From Alphaproteobacteria bacterium (GTDB lineage: Bacteria > Pseudomonadota > Alphaproteobacteria > Rickettsiales > SXRF01): a stretch of DNA of 64,000 nt. A program made the position numbers and the translations under genes. Below are positions 1-8,560 of this stretch, piece by piece. How positions within the stretch are numbered: position 1 is the stretch's first letter; every line of letters begins with the position of its first letter. Under the pieces are notes generated by a model. That model saw only the letters and a list, made by a program, of their open reading frames with translations, searched no databases and was not told the DNA's origin. The DNA is taken from the NCBI GenBank assembly GCA_025362975.1, contig JANYES010000019.1, positions 114,168 to 178,167 on the forward strand, written 5' to 3'.

Positions 1-266
1 TCCGCGACTTCGAAGGCACCACCGGCTGGGTGCATAAAACCATGCTGGACGGCAAGCGCTCGGTCATGATCAAAGGCAAGGATGCCAAGATCCTGCGCAT
101 AGAAGCTGAGAAAGACGCCAAGCCCTTGCTCAAAACCGAACCGATGGTCACCGCCAAGCTCATGGAATGCCAGCACGATTGGTGCCGCATTCAGGTGTCG
201 GGTCGAAAGGGCTGGATGGAAAAACAATATCTCTGGGGGGTCTACCCCGAGGAAGTATTTGAATAA
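1..266 (+). CDS. SH3 domain-containing protein (bacterial SH3_4 type), 5'-truncated by window edge
   Basis: Open frame from the window edge; RDFEGTTGWVHKTML and C..DWCRIQVSGRKGWM...LWGVYP motifs typical of alphaproteobacterial tandem SH3 proteins. Confidence 0.75.
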   Translation, partial: RDFEGTTGWVHKTMLDGKRSVMIKGKDAKILRIEAEKDAKPLLKTEPMVTAKLMECQHDWCRIQVSGRKGWMEKQYLWGVYPEEVFE

Positions 267-278
267 TCAAGAGGGAAG

Positions 279-761
279 ATGTTAAAGCCAATAAGCCTAA
301 GCGAACTTCGCCACCGCCGCAAGCCATTGCACAACGTTAATAATGCCATCTGCGAGCAGATGCGCCCCATCGACAAGCTCGCCCTTAAAATCACCAACCG
401 GGTCGGCACTATCGGATTCTTCCTGATCATCTTCGTCTGGACGGTCTGCTGGCTGGGCTGGAACCTGATCGCCCCCGCCCAGTACCAGTTCGACCCGCCG
501 ATGGGCTTCGTGCTTTGGCTGTTCATCTCCAACCTCATCCAGATCATGCTGATGCCGCTGATTATGGTCGGCCAGAACATCCAAGGCAAACACGCCGACG
601 CCCGCGCCGAAAACGACCTCGAGGTCAACATCAAGGCCGAACAGGAAATCGAGGTCATATTGCACCATCTGGAATACCAAAATAACATCCTGCACGCCAT
701 GCTGAACAGAATGGGCGTGAAACTCGAAGACATTATAGCCGCGGTAAAGCCTGAGAAATAG
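279..761 (+). CDS. DUF1003 family membrane protein
   Basis: Two TM helices; FDP..F......SNLIQI...PLIMVGQN.Q...RAENDLEVNIKAEQEI pattern; GAGG RBS upstream. Confidence 0.8.
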   Translation: MLKPISLSELRHRRKPLHNVNNAICEQMRPIDKLALKITNRVGTIGFFLIIFVWTVCWLGWNLIAPAQYQFDPPMGFVLWLFISNLIQIMLMPLIMVGQNIQGKHADARAENDLEVNIKAEQEIEVILHHLEYQNNILHAMLNRMGVKLEDIIAAVKPEK

Positions 762-872
762 GCGCTTTCCGCCGGTAAAAATATCCTTGCAAGGAAACAC
801 TTGCAAACGAAATGGAATTGCCTATTATCCGGTTCCTCTTTAGTTGCTTTATGCAATTAAACGAACACGGAA

Positions 873-947
<75 letters not shown>

Positions 948-1063
948 GTTTCTCTCCCCCAAACAACGCAATTCATTAAAGAAAGGCAGCGATTAAACTT
1001 ATTGATCGCAAACGCTTATCTATGGTAGAATAAAGTTATCAGCTATTCTTCAGCAGGGTTTTC

Positions 1064-1372
1064 ATGCGCGCACTCACCACACACATTAAGGCCATCAGCC
1101 AAACGCTTGCTTTGACCAGCCTGTTCCTGGTCGCAGCGACGCCGTCCGCCTTTGCCTTTACATGCCTACCAAACGGCGAAAGCGTCATCATCTGCGGCTG
1201 TACCTCAGATGCAGATTGCCCCATCGGTTCGACGTGCAACATTGGTACTATGCAATGCCAGGCTGCTATCGAGTCGGCCACCACCCCTGAAATGTCCGAC
1301 TATGCTGCCATGACCTTCATCCTCGCTGCCAGTGGCGTCATGGTGTATTTACGCCGCAGGGCATTGCAATAA
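1064..1372 (+). CDS. Small secreted six-Cys protein with PEP-CTERM-like C-terminal sorting signal
   Basis: Signal peptide ending SAFA; C-x9-C-x-C-x5-C-x5-C-x6-C core; TPEMSDY motif + hydrophobic helix + RRR; exosortase gene follows 22 bp downstream. Confidence 0.8.
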   Translation: MRALTTHIKAISQTLALTSLFLVAATPSAFAFTCLPNGESVIICGCTSDADCPIGSTCNIGTMQCQAAIESATTPEMSDYAAMTFILAASGVMVYLRRRALQ

Positions 1373-1394
1373 CCCCAACCTATTTTATCCGTCC

Positions 1395-2369
1395 ATGAAG
1401 GCGCCTGACTGTTTTAACACGCCTTTTATGCTTCACCTGCGCCGGGTTTGCAAAAGCGGCGGGGTGTCGCTGGCGATCGCACTGGCCTATTTCGCTTTTT
1501 GCGCGCTGAACGGGGAGTGGCATTTCGTTCAGGTGCATGCCCAGCATGTGGCGCCCCGCGCCGTGGAATTCGCCCCTATTCCGATCATGTTTATCCTGTG
1601 GGTGCGAGCGGTGGAGCAAAAAACGCCGTTTCAATTGCGTTTCTCCCCTATCGCGACTGGCCTGTGCGCGCTTGCGCTGGTGCTGATGAACAGCAACATT
1701 GATGCGGCGCCGCTGCCGCGCTGTACATTTTTGGCGGCGATACTGAGCAGTTTATTCGTGTTCGTACCATTTAAACAGGTGATACGGCAAATCACACAGA
1801 ACAAGCGCCTGAGCGTCGTAGCGCTCATCGGCGCCACCTCGGCGGTGAATTACTACTGGCTGATGCTGACCATCTGGTTCGCCATGTGCCGGTGGACGAC
1901 GATGGGGGCGTATGCCCTGCTGAAACTTCTCGACCTGAACGCCGTCGCCGTCGTCCACCCGATCACGGATACCACCATCGCCCTGATTTCAAGATATTTT
2001 CAGGTATGGGTCAATATCGGCTGCAATGGACTGGAGGGCGTGTTCCTGTTCAACTTCATGCTGGCGGCGACGCTGTTGTTCGACTGGAAGCTCCTGCACA
2101 AATACAGCATCACGCTGCTGTTTTGCACCGGCGTGCTGTACATGTTCTTGATGAACGTGTTGCGCATCACGGTCTTCTTCATTATCGGCTACTGGGCCTA
2201 TAAGCCCGGCGCATGGAGTTTCATGCATCTGTTGCAAGGAGCGCCCCTTGCGCTGTTCCATTCCTATGTCGGCTGGGTGTTTTACCTGTTCGCCTTTGCC
2301 CTGTTCATGGGGCTGCTCTATAGCCCACCTAACGTTAAAAAGTTAAAGTCACTTTTTCGGCATAAATGA
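1395..2369 (+). CDS. Exosortase/archaeosortase family protein (XrtE-like core, no CAAX-protease domain)
   Basis: Multi-TM protein with the Cys-Arg-His triad contexts GCNGLEG, MNVLRI and FHSYVGW; ATG at 1395 chosen because 1332 overlaps the upstream gene. Confidence 0.85.
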   Translation: MKAPDCFNTPFMLHLRRVCKSGGVSLAIALAYFAFCALNGEWHFVQVHAQHVAPRAVEFAPIPIMFILWVRAVEQKTPFQLRFSPIATGLCALALVLMNSNIDAAPLPRCTFLAAILSSLFVFVPFKQVIRQITQNKRLSVVALIGATSAVNYYWLMLTIWFAMCRWTTMGAYALLKLLDLNAVAVVHPITDTTIALISRYFQVWVNIGCNGLEGVFLFNFMLAATLLFDWKLLHKYSITLLFCTGVLYMFLMNVLRITVFFIIGYWAYKPGAWSFMHLLQGAPLALFHSYVGWVFYLFAFALFMGLLYSPPNVKKLKSLFRHK

Positions 2370-2498
2370 CAAGCTATTGGTTTATATATATTAACGAAAA
2401 ATAAACCATTCAAAAACCCGGCCAGTTTCACAAAACATTCACAATCCTTAGTAATTTCTTGGGTTAGAATAGATTTGAATCATGAATCAGGATAACGC

Positions 2499-5400
2499 AT
2501 GCCAACTGACCTACAGATACGCGATGGGATTTTCGACAACGCCACGTTAGAAGTTGCGAAAAAGTTCAAAACGCTGTTCACCAAGATGCAAGCCTCCTTG
2601 CCCGCTGGCACCAAGCCGCCGACGGATAAAGAATATCTTGTAATGGCCGCGCAGGCGATCAAGGATCGTAAGATCACCTTCCCGGGCGACTCCGGCAAAG
2701 CCATTAAAGAAATGAACGGCAGCGAAACCGTCGAACTGTCAACGCTCGACGAGCTGATGGACGAACAGCAGAAAAAAGACTTGGGCGGCAAACCGTCCGA
2801 CCTCGTTCCCCTGACCGAAGATTTAGAAGAAGTGGCGCGCGTCGCCCAGCGTTCGGTTAAAAAAGCGCAAGGCCCGTTCAGCATCATGGGCGCCAGCATT
2901 TTCACGCTTATCAGCGCGCTGTTCGAAGCCCTCGGTGATCTGTTCGCCGGTAAAATCGAAGGCGGCATCGGCGGGTTCTTCAGCCATGTTAAAAAAATCG
3001 CCGCCGAACGCACCGGTGAAGAAGCATCGGAAAGCTTCGAAACCGGCCTGACCGCCCTTTCAAGGCAAAATCCCCGCATCGGCGCATGGCTGACGCCTGA
3101 CGCTATTTCCGCCGCCGGTGCTGGCATGCGCGATCAGGCTCGCGTCGCAGGTGGCGCGCCCGCAGGCAAAAATGCTGAACAGCAGCTCGCCGAACTCAAT
3201 CCCGGCAGCCACTACACCAGCCTCGTCACTGGCCATGCCCACGGCATGATCCGCGACAGCGTCGGCAAGGACATGCTCGACGTGGTCAAAGGCGCTGTCG
3301 GCGTCGATGGCAAGCCGAGCATCATCGGCATGGGTAAAGCCCTCCTCGGCTTCGCACCGCGCCCCGAAGACGCGGTGAAGTTCACCGACACCGTTTCCGC
3401 CACCATCGCCCGCGTCACCACCGACCCGGCCTACAAATACAACGGCAAGAACGAACGCCTCATCGCCGAACTCAAAATTAAAAAACCCGGCCAACTGAGC
3501 ACGGAAGACATGCAGGTGCTGCTGAAAGAAGAAGTCGGCAACGACCTTCGCACCCTTAAACCCGGTTTCTTCTCCTTTACGCTGAGTAATGAGCACATCA
3601 CCGCCATCGCCGACAAAGTACCTGAATATGTCACCAAAAACGAAACTATGCTGCGGGAGCTTAGCAAACGTGTGACCGACAGCACACGCCCGCCGCTGGC
3701 TCCCGGCGGCCCCGTGCCCGTTCCGGCCGGCCCCGGCGCAGGCCCTGTTACTCCAATCGTTCCGGGCGGCACCGGCACCTCAGCTCCCGACGGCGCTGGT
3801 ACTCCGGCTCCGGGCACCCCAGCTCCAAGCACGACCGTCGATTACGCTAAAGTTAAAATCGCCCTCGAAACCACCTTCGACGGCACGAAAGACGAAATGC
3901 TCAAAGGCATGCAGGCGCAAGCCGCCAAAGGCGTCGTCATTGCCGCCGACGACCCGTTCTTTGCTGCGACTCGCGAGCAGTTTGTCAAAAAAGGCCTCGA
4001 AGTGGCCAAAGAACGCCCTGAATTATTGCAACCCGGCCAGCAGGCCGCCTTTGCACAGGCTATTACCGATAAAATGATGGCTGACACCGCCTTCCGTGAA
4101 GTGGCGGGCGCTAAGCTGCGCCAGATCAAACCGGTGCTCGACAATCCAAGTAAGATCAACTTCGCCCTCAAAAAACTGGCGGAAACGACGGCACCGCAGC
4201 TTACAGTAGCGCTGAACAACCCAACCGTCGTCGCTGCTTTCGCTAGCGCGATCACCACGACCACCCCGATTGCAGCCGCTCCGTCGATACCCGCCGCTCC
4301 GGTTCCGGGTGGCGCAGCTCCCGGAACCGCTCCCGCTTCGCCGCCTGTTGCTGGCACCCCACCCTTGCCCGCACCGCCTGTTGGCCCTTCCGGCACTCCC
4401 GGCGCTGGCTCCGGCAGCACGCCTTCCGCTCCGCCCGTCGAGCTCAGCGCACAGGATCTGATCGATTTGTTCAAAGGCGAAATCGAAATCAAAATGAACG
4501 AAACGCTGGCCGATAAAAAACCGGACGGCACCTCAAACCCCTCCGCCGAAATCTTCAACAAGATGACCGGCCTCAATAAAACTCCGCCTGCCGATCGTGG
4601 CGCAGCGCGCGCAACCATCATCGCGCCGTTTGCTAATTCGATCGCCACCAGCGGCATCGTCGTTACCAGCGACAATCCGGGCGGCCTGTTCGTGCTCGAT
4701 GCCGACGCGGGCAAGCTTAAATTCAAGGACGAAGCCGTTTTAACCAGCCCGGAAAAAGCCTTCGAGGTTTTTGCCGAAGCCAAGAAACGCATCACCGCCA
4801 AGTTGCGCGCTGACAACCCAGCCGCCACGCCTGAAACCCTGAAACTCTACGATTCGATGGCCGAAAACACCGCCATGCAGACGGTGAATAAAGCCCTCGA
4901 AGATGCTGAAAAACCGCGTCTCAACATTAAAACCGACCCGCGCCTCGCCGTCGCCCAGACCGAAATGGCCCGCACCTACCTCACCGCTGAAATCGAAGAC
5001 GGCTTCAAAAAAGACCCGAGTACCAACATGCTGGGCCTTGGCGTTGGCGGCGGTGCCGACCGCATGAAACTGATCGCCAGTAAAGCCGCGGCCGCCCTCG
5101 CTCCGCTGCTGGTCGTGGAAAACACCGACCCTGCCGCCCTGAAAGACGCCATCGACAAAGCGCTTTCCACCGGCGAAGGCGCTATCACCGATAAGGACAA
5201 ACGCGCCCTTGTGGTCGACGGTATCAGCAAATCCCTCATCGAGCGTATGAAAGGCCCAAAATCGCCCGAACAGGAAGCGCAGGATAAAATCCGCAACCTC
5301 GACGAAGCGACCCGCATCGTGCGCGACAAAATTGGCAAAGATGCCGATGCCGCCTTCGCGCCGCTCAAAGACATCATGAAGGCCGAAATCAAAGCTGGCG

Positions 5401-5927
5401 ATATCTGGCTCGACCCTAGCAAAATGTACTGGCCCGCCAGCGCCGCCGCCCGCAGATTCAAGCCGCAGGCCGACGCCTTTGTCGACAATAAGGTCGATCA
5501 GGAAGTCGATGCTTATTATAACCGCATCAACCGCACCGCATTGAAAAAAGTCTTCTCCGACGCCGCCGTCGAAGCCGCGCAAGCCACCTATGACGGCCGC
5601 CAGTTCTTCGAACTCTCCGATGAAGAAAAGAAACAAACGGTCGCCGATCGCGTTTCCGCCAAGCTCAACGACGGCAAAACCTTCGAAGGCATCTTCCCGA
5701 ATCCGAAAATCACTATCGGCTCCATCGGCAGTTTCAATATCGGCACGGTCGATTATGAAATGGCTGGCCAGAAGCAAAAAATCATCGGCATGCTGACCCA
5801 GAAAGTCAAAGACAGCATGAACTTCGCAGCCGCCACTCCGGACGTGGATCCAACGCATGCCGATCCTCTGGCGCCGCTGTTAACCCCCGATGTGCGCGCC
5901 GGTCTCGGCGCTGTTCGCACGGCTTAA
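2499..5927 (+). CDS. Large hypothetical protein (1142 aa), helical domains separated by Pro/Ala/Gly-rich linkers
   Basis: Long ORF with host-like codon usage and AGGA RBS; amphipathic/hydrophobic segment near aa 125-165; no recognisable family. Confidence 0.8.
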   Translation: MPTDLQIRDGIFDNATLEVAKKFKTLFTKMQASLPAGTKPPTDKEYLVMAAQAIKDRKITFPGDSGKAIKEMNGSETVELSTLDELMDEQQKKDLGGKPSDLVPLTEDLEEVARVAQRSVKKAQGPFSIMGASIFTLISALFEALGDLFAGKIEGGIGGFFSHVKKIAAERTGEEASESFETGLTALSRQNPRIGAWLTPDAISAAGAGMRDQARVAGGAPAGKNAEQQLAELNPGSHYTSLVTGHAHGMIRDSVGKDMLDVVKGAVGVDGKPSIIGMGKALLGFAPRPEDAVKFTDTVSATIARVTTDPAYKYNGKNERLIAELKIKKPGQLSTEDMQVLLKEEVGNDLRTLKPGFFSFTLSNEHITAIADKVPEYVTKNETMLRELSKRVTDSTRPPLAPGGPVPVPAGPGAGPVTPIVPGGTGTSAPDGAGTPAPGTPAPSTTVDYAKVKIALETTFDGTKDEMLKGMQAQAAKGVVIAADDPFFAATREQFVKKGLEVAKERPELLQPGQQAAFAQAITDKMMADTAFREVAGAKLRQIKPVLDNPSKINFALKKLAETTAPQLTVALNNPTVVAAFASAITTTTPIAAAPSIPAAPVPGGAAPGTAPASPPVAGTPPLPAPPVGPSGTPGAGSGSTPSAPPVELSAQDLIDLFKGEIEIKMNETLADKKPDGTSNPSAEIFNKMTGLNKTPPADRGAARATIIAPFANSIATSGIVVTSDNPGGLFVLDADAGKLKFKDEAVLTSPEKAFEVFAEAKKRITAKLRADNPAATPETLKLYDSMAENTAMQTVNKALEDAEKPRLNIKTDPRLAVAQTEMARTYLTAEIEDGFKKDPSTNMLGLGVGGGADRMKLIASKAAAALAPLLVVENTDPAALKDAIDKALSTGEGAITDKDKRALVVDGISKSLIERMKGPKSPEQEAQDKIRNLDEATRIVRDKIGKDADAAFAPLKDIMKAEIKAGDIWLDPSKMYWPASAAARRFKPQADAFVDNKVDQEVDAYYNRINRTALKKVFSDAAVEAAQATYDGRQFFELSDEEKKQTVADRVSAKLNDGKTFEGIFPNPKITIGSIGSFNIGTVDYEMAGQKQKIIGMLTQKVKDSMNFAAATPDVDPTHADPLAPLLTPDVRAGLGAVRTA

Positions 5928-6038
5928 ATAGCCTCGTAATCCCTACAAAGCGACAAATGCGCGGCCGCGCAACTGAAACGATATACTTTATCGCCACATT
6001 TCAGTATACTATGTCCTTACCCTTAAGGATCGTCATGC

Positions 6039-7208
6039 ATGGATAATACCCAGTTCTGGATCAAAGTATTTGCCTCGATGAATCAGGAAACGAAATGGTT
6101 CATTGAAGCCATCCTTGTTTCGGCCCTGTTCTTCCACATCCGCTTCACCCCCGATAACGTCGCCAAAGCGCCTTCGTTCCTCACCACACTCGGCATTCTC
6201 GGCACCTTCATCGGCATCGCGATGGGCCTGCTCGACTTCAACGCCAACGACATACAAAAAAGCGTACCCACCCTGATCGACGGCATCAAAACCGCCGTCT
6301 GGGCATCCGCCTGCGGCATCGGCTGCGCGCTGACCGTGAAGCTGCGCGATATTCTCGTGGGTAGGCGCATTGGTGCCAAAAAATCCAGCGGCGCTACCAT
6401 CAACGACCTCGCCAGCAGCCTGAAAGCCATCGAAGGTGGCATGGACGAACTGAACCGCTCGCTCTCCGCCTCCACCGAACTGTCGCTTATCGGCCAGATG
6501 CGCCTGACCCGTCAGGACAGCAACGAAAAACTATCCATGCTCAACCACACGCTGGAAAACTTCTTCGACAAAGTCGCTGAAGCCAATTCCCGCGCGCTGA
6601 TCAAAGCCCTGCAGGAAGTCGTGCATGACTTCAACAACAAAATCAGCGAGCAATTCGGCGAAAACTTCAAACACATGAACTTAGCGCTCGAAAAAATGCT
6701 GCAATGGCAGCAAAGCTACGCCCAGCAAATCACCGACCTCATCAACCAGCAAGGCATCACCGCCCGCTCGATGGCGGTAGCCACGGAAAAATATCAGGTA
6801 CTCGTCCAGAACGCCGACGTATTCAACACCGTCGCCAACAGCTTCACCATGCTGCTGGCAGGGCTGGAAACACAGCGCACGCAGCTTGACGGCAACATGC
6901 GCAGCCTCGCCGGGCTGATCAACACCGCCTCTACCGGTCTGCCCGAAATCGAGCGCAAAATTGTCGAAATGACCCGCCAGATCGGCGAAGGCCTTAAAAC
7001 CGGCAACGATGAGTTCAACCTCAACGTCAAAACAATGATCCAGAATACGAAGGACCAAGTGCTGGTGCTCGACAACGCGCTCTCCGAAGAACTTACCAAA
7101 TCGCTCGACAGCTTAGGGCGTCAGCTCGCAGCCCTGTCGCAAAAATTCGTCGCCGATTACGCCCCGATCACCGAGAAACTACAGTCCGTTCTGAAGCTGG
7201 CGGGCTAA
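6039..7208 (+). CDS. zorA: ZorA-like MotA/TolQ/ExbB proton-channel protein with long helical tail
   Basis: APSFLTTLGILGTFIGIAMGLLDF...I..LIDGIKTA.WAS..G TM motif, then ~280-aa helical tail with FN.KISEQFGENFK.MN...EKMLQWQ..Y. Confidence 0.75.
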   Translation: MDNTQFWIKVFASMNQETKWFIEAILVSALFFHIRFTPDNVAKAPSFLTTLGILGTFIGIAMGLLDFNANDIQKSVPTLIDGIKTAVWASACGIGCALTVKLRDILVGRRIGAKKSSGATINDLASSLKAIEGGMDELNRSLSASTELSLIGQMRLTRQDSNEKLSMLNHTLENFFDKVAEANSRALIKALQEVVHDFNNKISEQFGENFKHMNLALEKMLQWQQSYAQQITDLINQQGITARSMAVATEKYQVLVQNADVFNTVANSFTMLLAGLETQRTQLDGNMRSLAGLINTASTGLPEIERKIVEMTRQIGEGLKTGNDEFNLNVKTMIQNTKDQVLVLDNALSEELTKSLDSLGRQLAALSQKFVADYAPITEKLQSVLKLAG

Positions 7209-7211
7209 TCG

Positions 7212-7928
7212 ATGTCGGACGAAGACGAATTCCTCTCCACCAGCCACGGCCATGAAGACCAGTGGATTTCACTGGCCGATCTGATGACCGGCCTCATGAT
7301 GATCTTCTTGCTGCTGGCCATCGCCTTCATGCTCAAAGTCGAGGAAAAGAACTTCAAAACCAAGCAGGTCGCCGTGCTCTATGATCAGGTGCGCCTCGAA
7401 CTCTACAGCGAGCTGATGCGCGAATTCGGCAAGGATTTACCCGTCTGGGGCGCAGAAATCACGCAGGATTTAATTTTCCGTTTCAAGGACCCCGAAGTGC
7501 TGTTCAACACCGGCAAAGACGAACTGAAACCAAAATTCCAGTCGATCATGTCTGATTTCTTCCCGCGCTACGTGCGCATTGTTACGGACCCGAAATGGGG
7601 AAGTTCGATCACCGAAGTCCGCATCGAAGGCCACACCTCCAGCCAGTGGGGCCCCAACACCCCGCCGGAAGAGGCCTACTTCAAAAACATGGAACTGTCG
7701 CAGTCGCGCACGCGCTCGACGCTGCGCTACGTGCTCGAAGAACCGCCCGTGTCGCAGCAGGTGCCGTGGCTTAAAAAACACATGACCGCCAACGGCCTTT
7801 CCTCCTCGCACCCGATTCTGGGCGCTGACGGTAACGAAGACCCCATCCGCTCCCAGCGCGTCGAATTCCGCATTAAAACCGACGCCGAAGGTTGGATTGC
7901 AACCATTCTCGAAACCCTGAAAAAATAG
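7212..7928 (+). CDS. zorB: ZorB-like OmpA/MotB family protein
   Basis: WISLADLMTGLMMIFLL TM with the conserved Asp; OmpA-like IEGHTSS...NMELSQSR...RRVEF-like (QRVEF) motifs; 3 bp after the zorA-like gene. Confidence 0.8.
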   Translation: MSDEDEFLSTSHGHEDQWISLADLMTGLMMIFLLLAIAFMLKVEEKNFKTKQVAVLYDQVRLELYSELMREFGKDLPVWGAEITQDLIFRFKDPEVLFNTGKDELKPKFQSIMSDFFPRYVRIVTDPKWGSSITEVRIEGHTSSQWGPNTPPEEAYFKNMELSQSRTRSTLRYVLEEPPVSQQVPWLKKHMTANGLSSSHPILGADGNEDPIRSQRVEFRIKTDAEGWIATILETLKK

Positions 7929-7939
7929 AAAGTGGAAAA

Positions 7940-8557
7940 ATGAAGCTTCCCGATTTTTCCACCTTCAAGCCCCTGAATGAAAACCGCAAACAGATGAACG
8001 CCGATCTGCCGGATAATCTGAGCTTCGTCACCATCGACAGTCGCCTCGATAACGCCGATCTCGAACGCCAGCACGCCCCGAAACGCGTCATCGAAACTCC
8101 GGCAAAACCCGCGCCTGAGCAAGCCCCGCCCGCGCCCGCCGAAAGCGCTCCGGTTGCCGAGCCGCACACAGCAGGTGCCGCACGTTCCGTCACGCCCAAG
8201 GGCCGCGTTTCCTACACGCAGATGGTGGTCAAAACGCCGGTCACGCAGATCATGCTGATCGTGCAGATTCTCGTGCTCCTCGATATCGGCATCATGACCG
8301 GGATTTTCTGGTATTTCGGCGCTCCGTGGCAGCGCCATCCGATGGTGGTGCAGAACTTCATCACACAAGTCGGCGAGCCGAAAAAATACGTGAGCAAACA
8401 GGCTGTCAAACCCGGCCAGAAGCCGAAGGAAGCCCCGCTAAAACCCTTCTACAAACGCAATGAATACTGGGATAAAAACGGCGTTCGCCATACCGTCATC
8501 GAAATGCTGCCGAGCGAGCCCGCGCCTCCCGCCGCGCAAGCCCCTCAGAAAAAATAA
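7940..8557 (+). CDS. Hypothetical single-pass membrane protein, Pro/Ala-rich
   Basis: ATG 11 bp after the zorB-like stop; one TM (IMLIVQILVLLDIGIMTGIFWYFG). Confidence 0.7.
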   Translation: MKLPDFSTFKPLNENRKQMNADLPDNLSFVTIDSRLDNADLERQHAPKRVIETPAKPAPEQAPPAPAESAPVAEPHTAGAARSVTPKGRVSYTQMVVKTPVTQIMLIVQILVLLDIGIMTGIFWYFGAPWQRHPMVVQNFITQVGEPKKYVSKQAVKPGQKPKEAPLKPFYKRNEYWDKNGVRHTVIEMLPSEPAPPAAQAPQKK

Positions 8558-8560
8558 CGC

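Noticed and set aside
6039-7928. Calling the pair flagellar MotA/MotB or TolQ/TolR
   Set aside because: The long helical tail and the WISLADLM/EGHTSS motifs fit ZorAB-like proteins better, and no flagellar or tol genes are adjacent.
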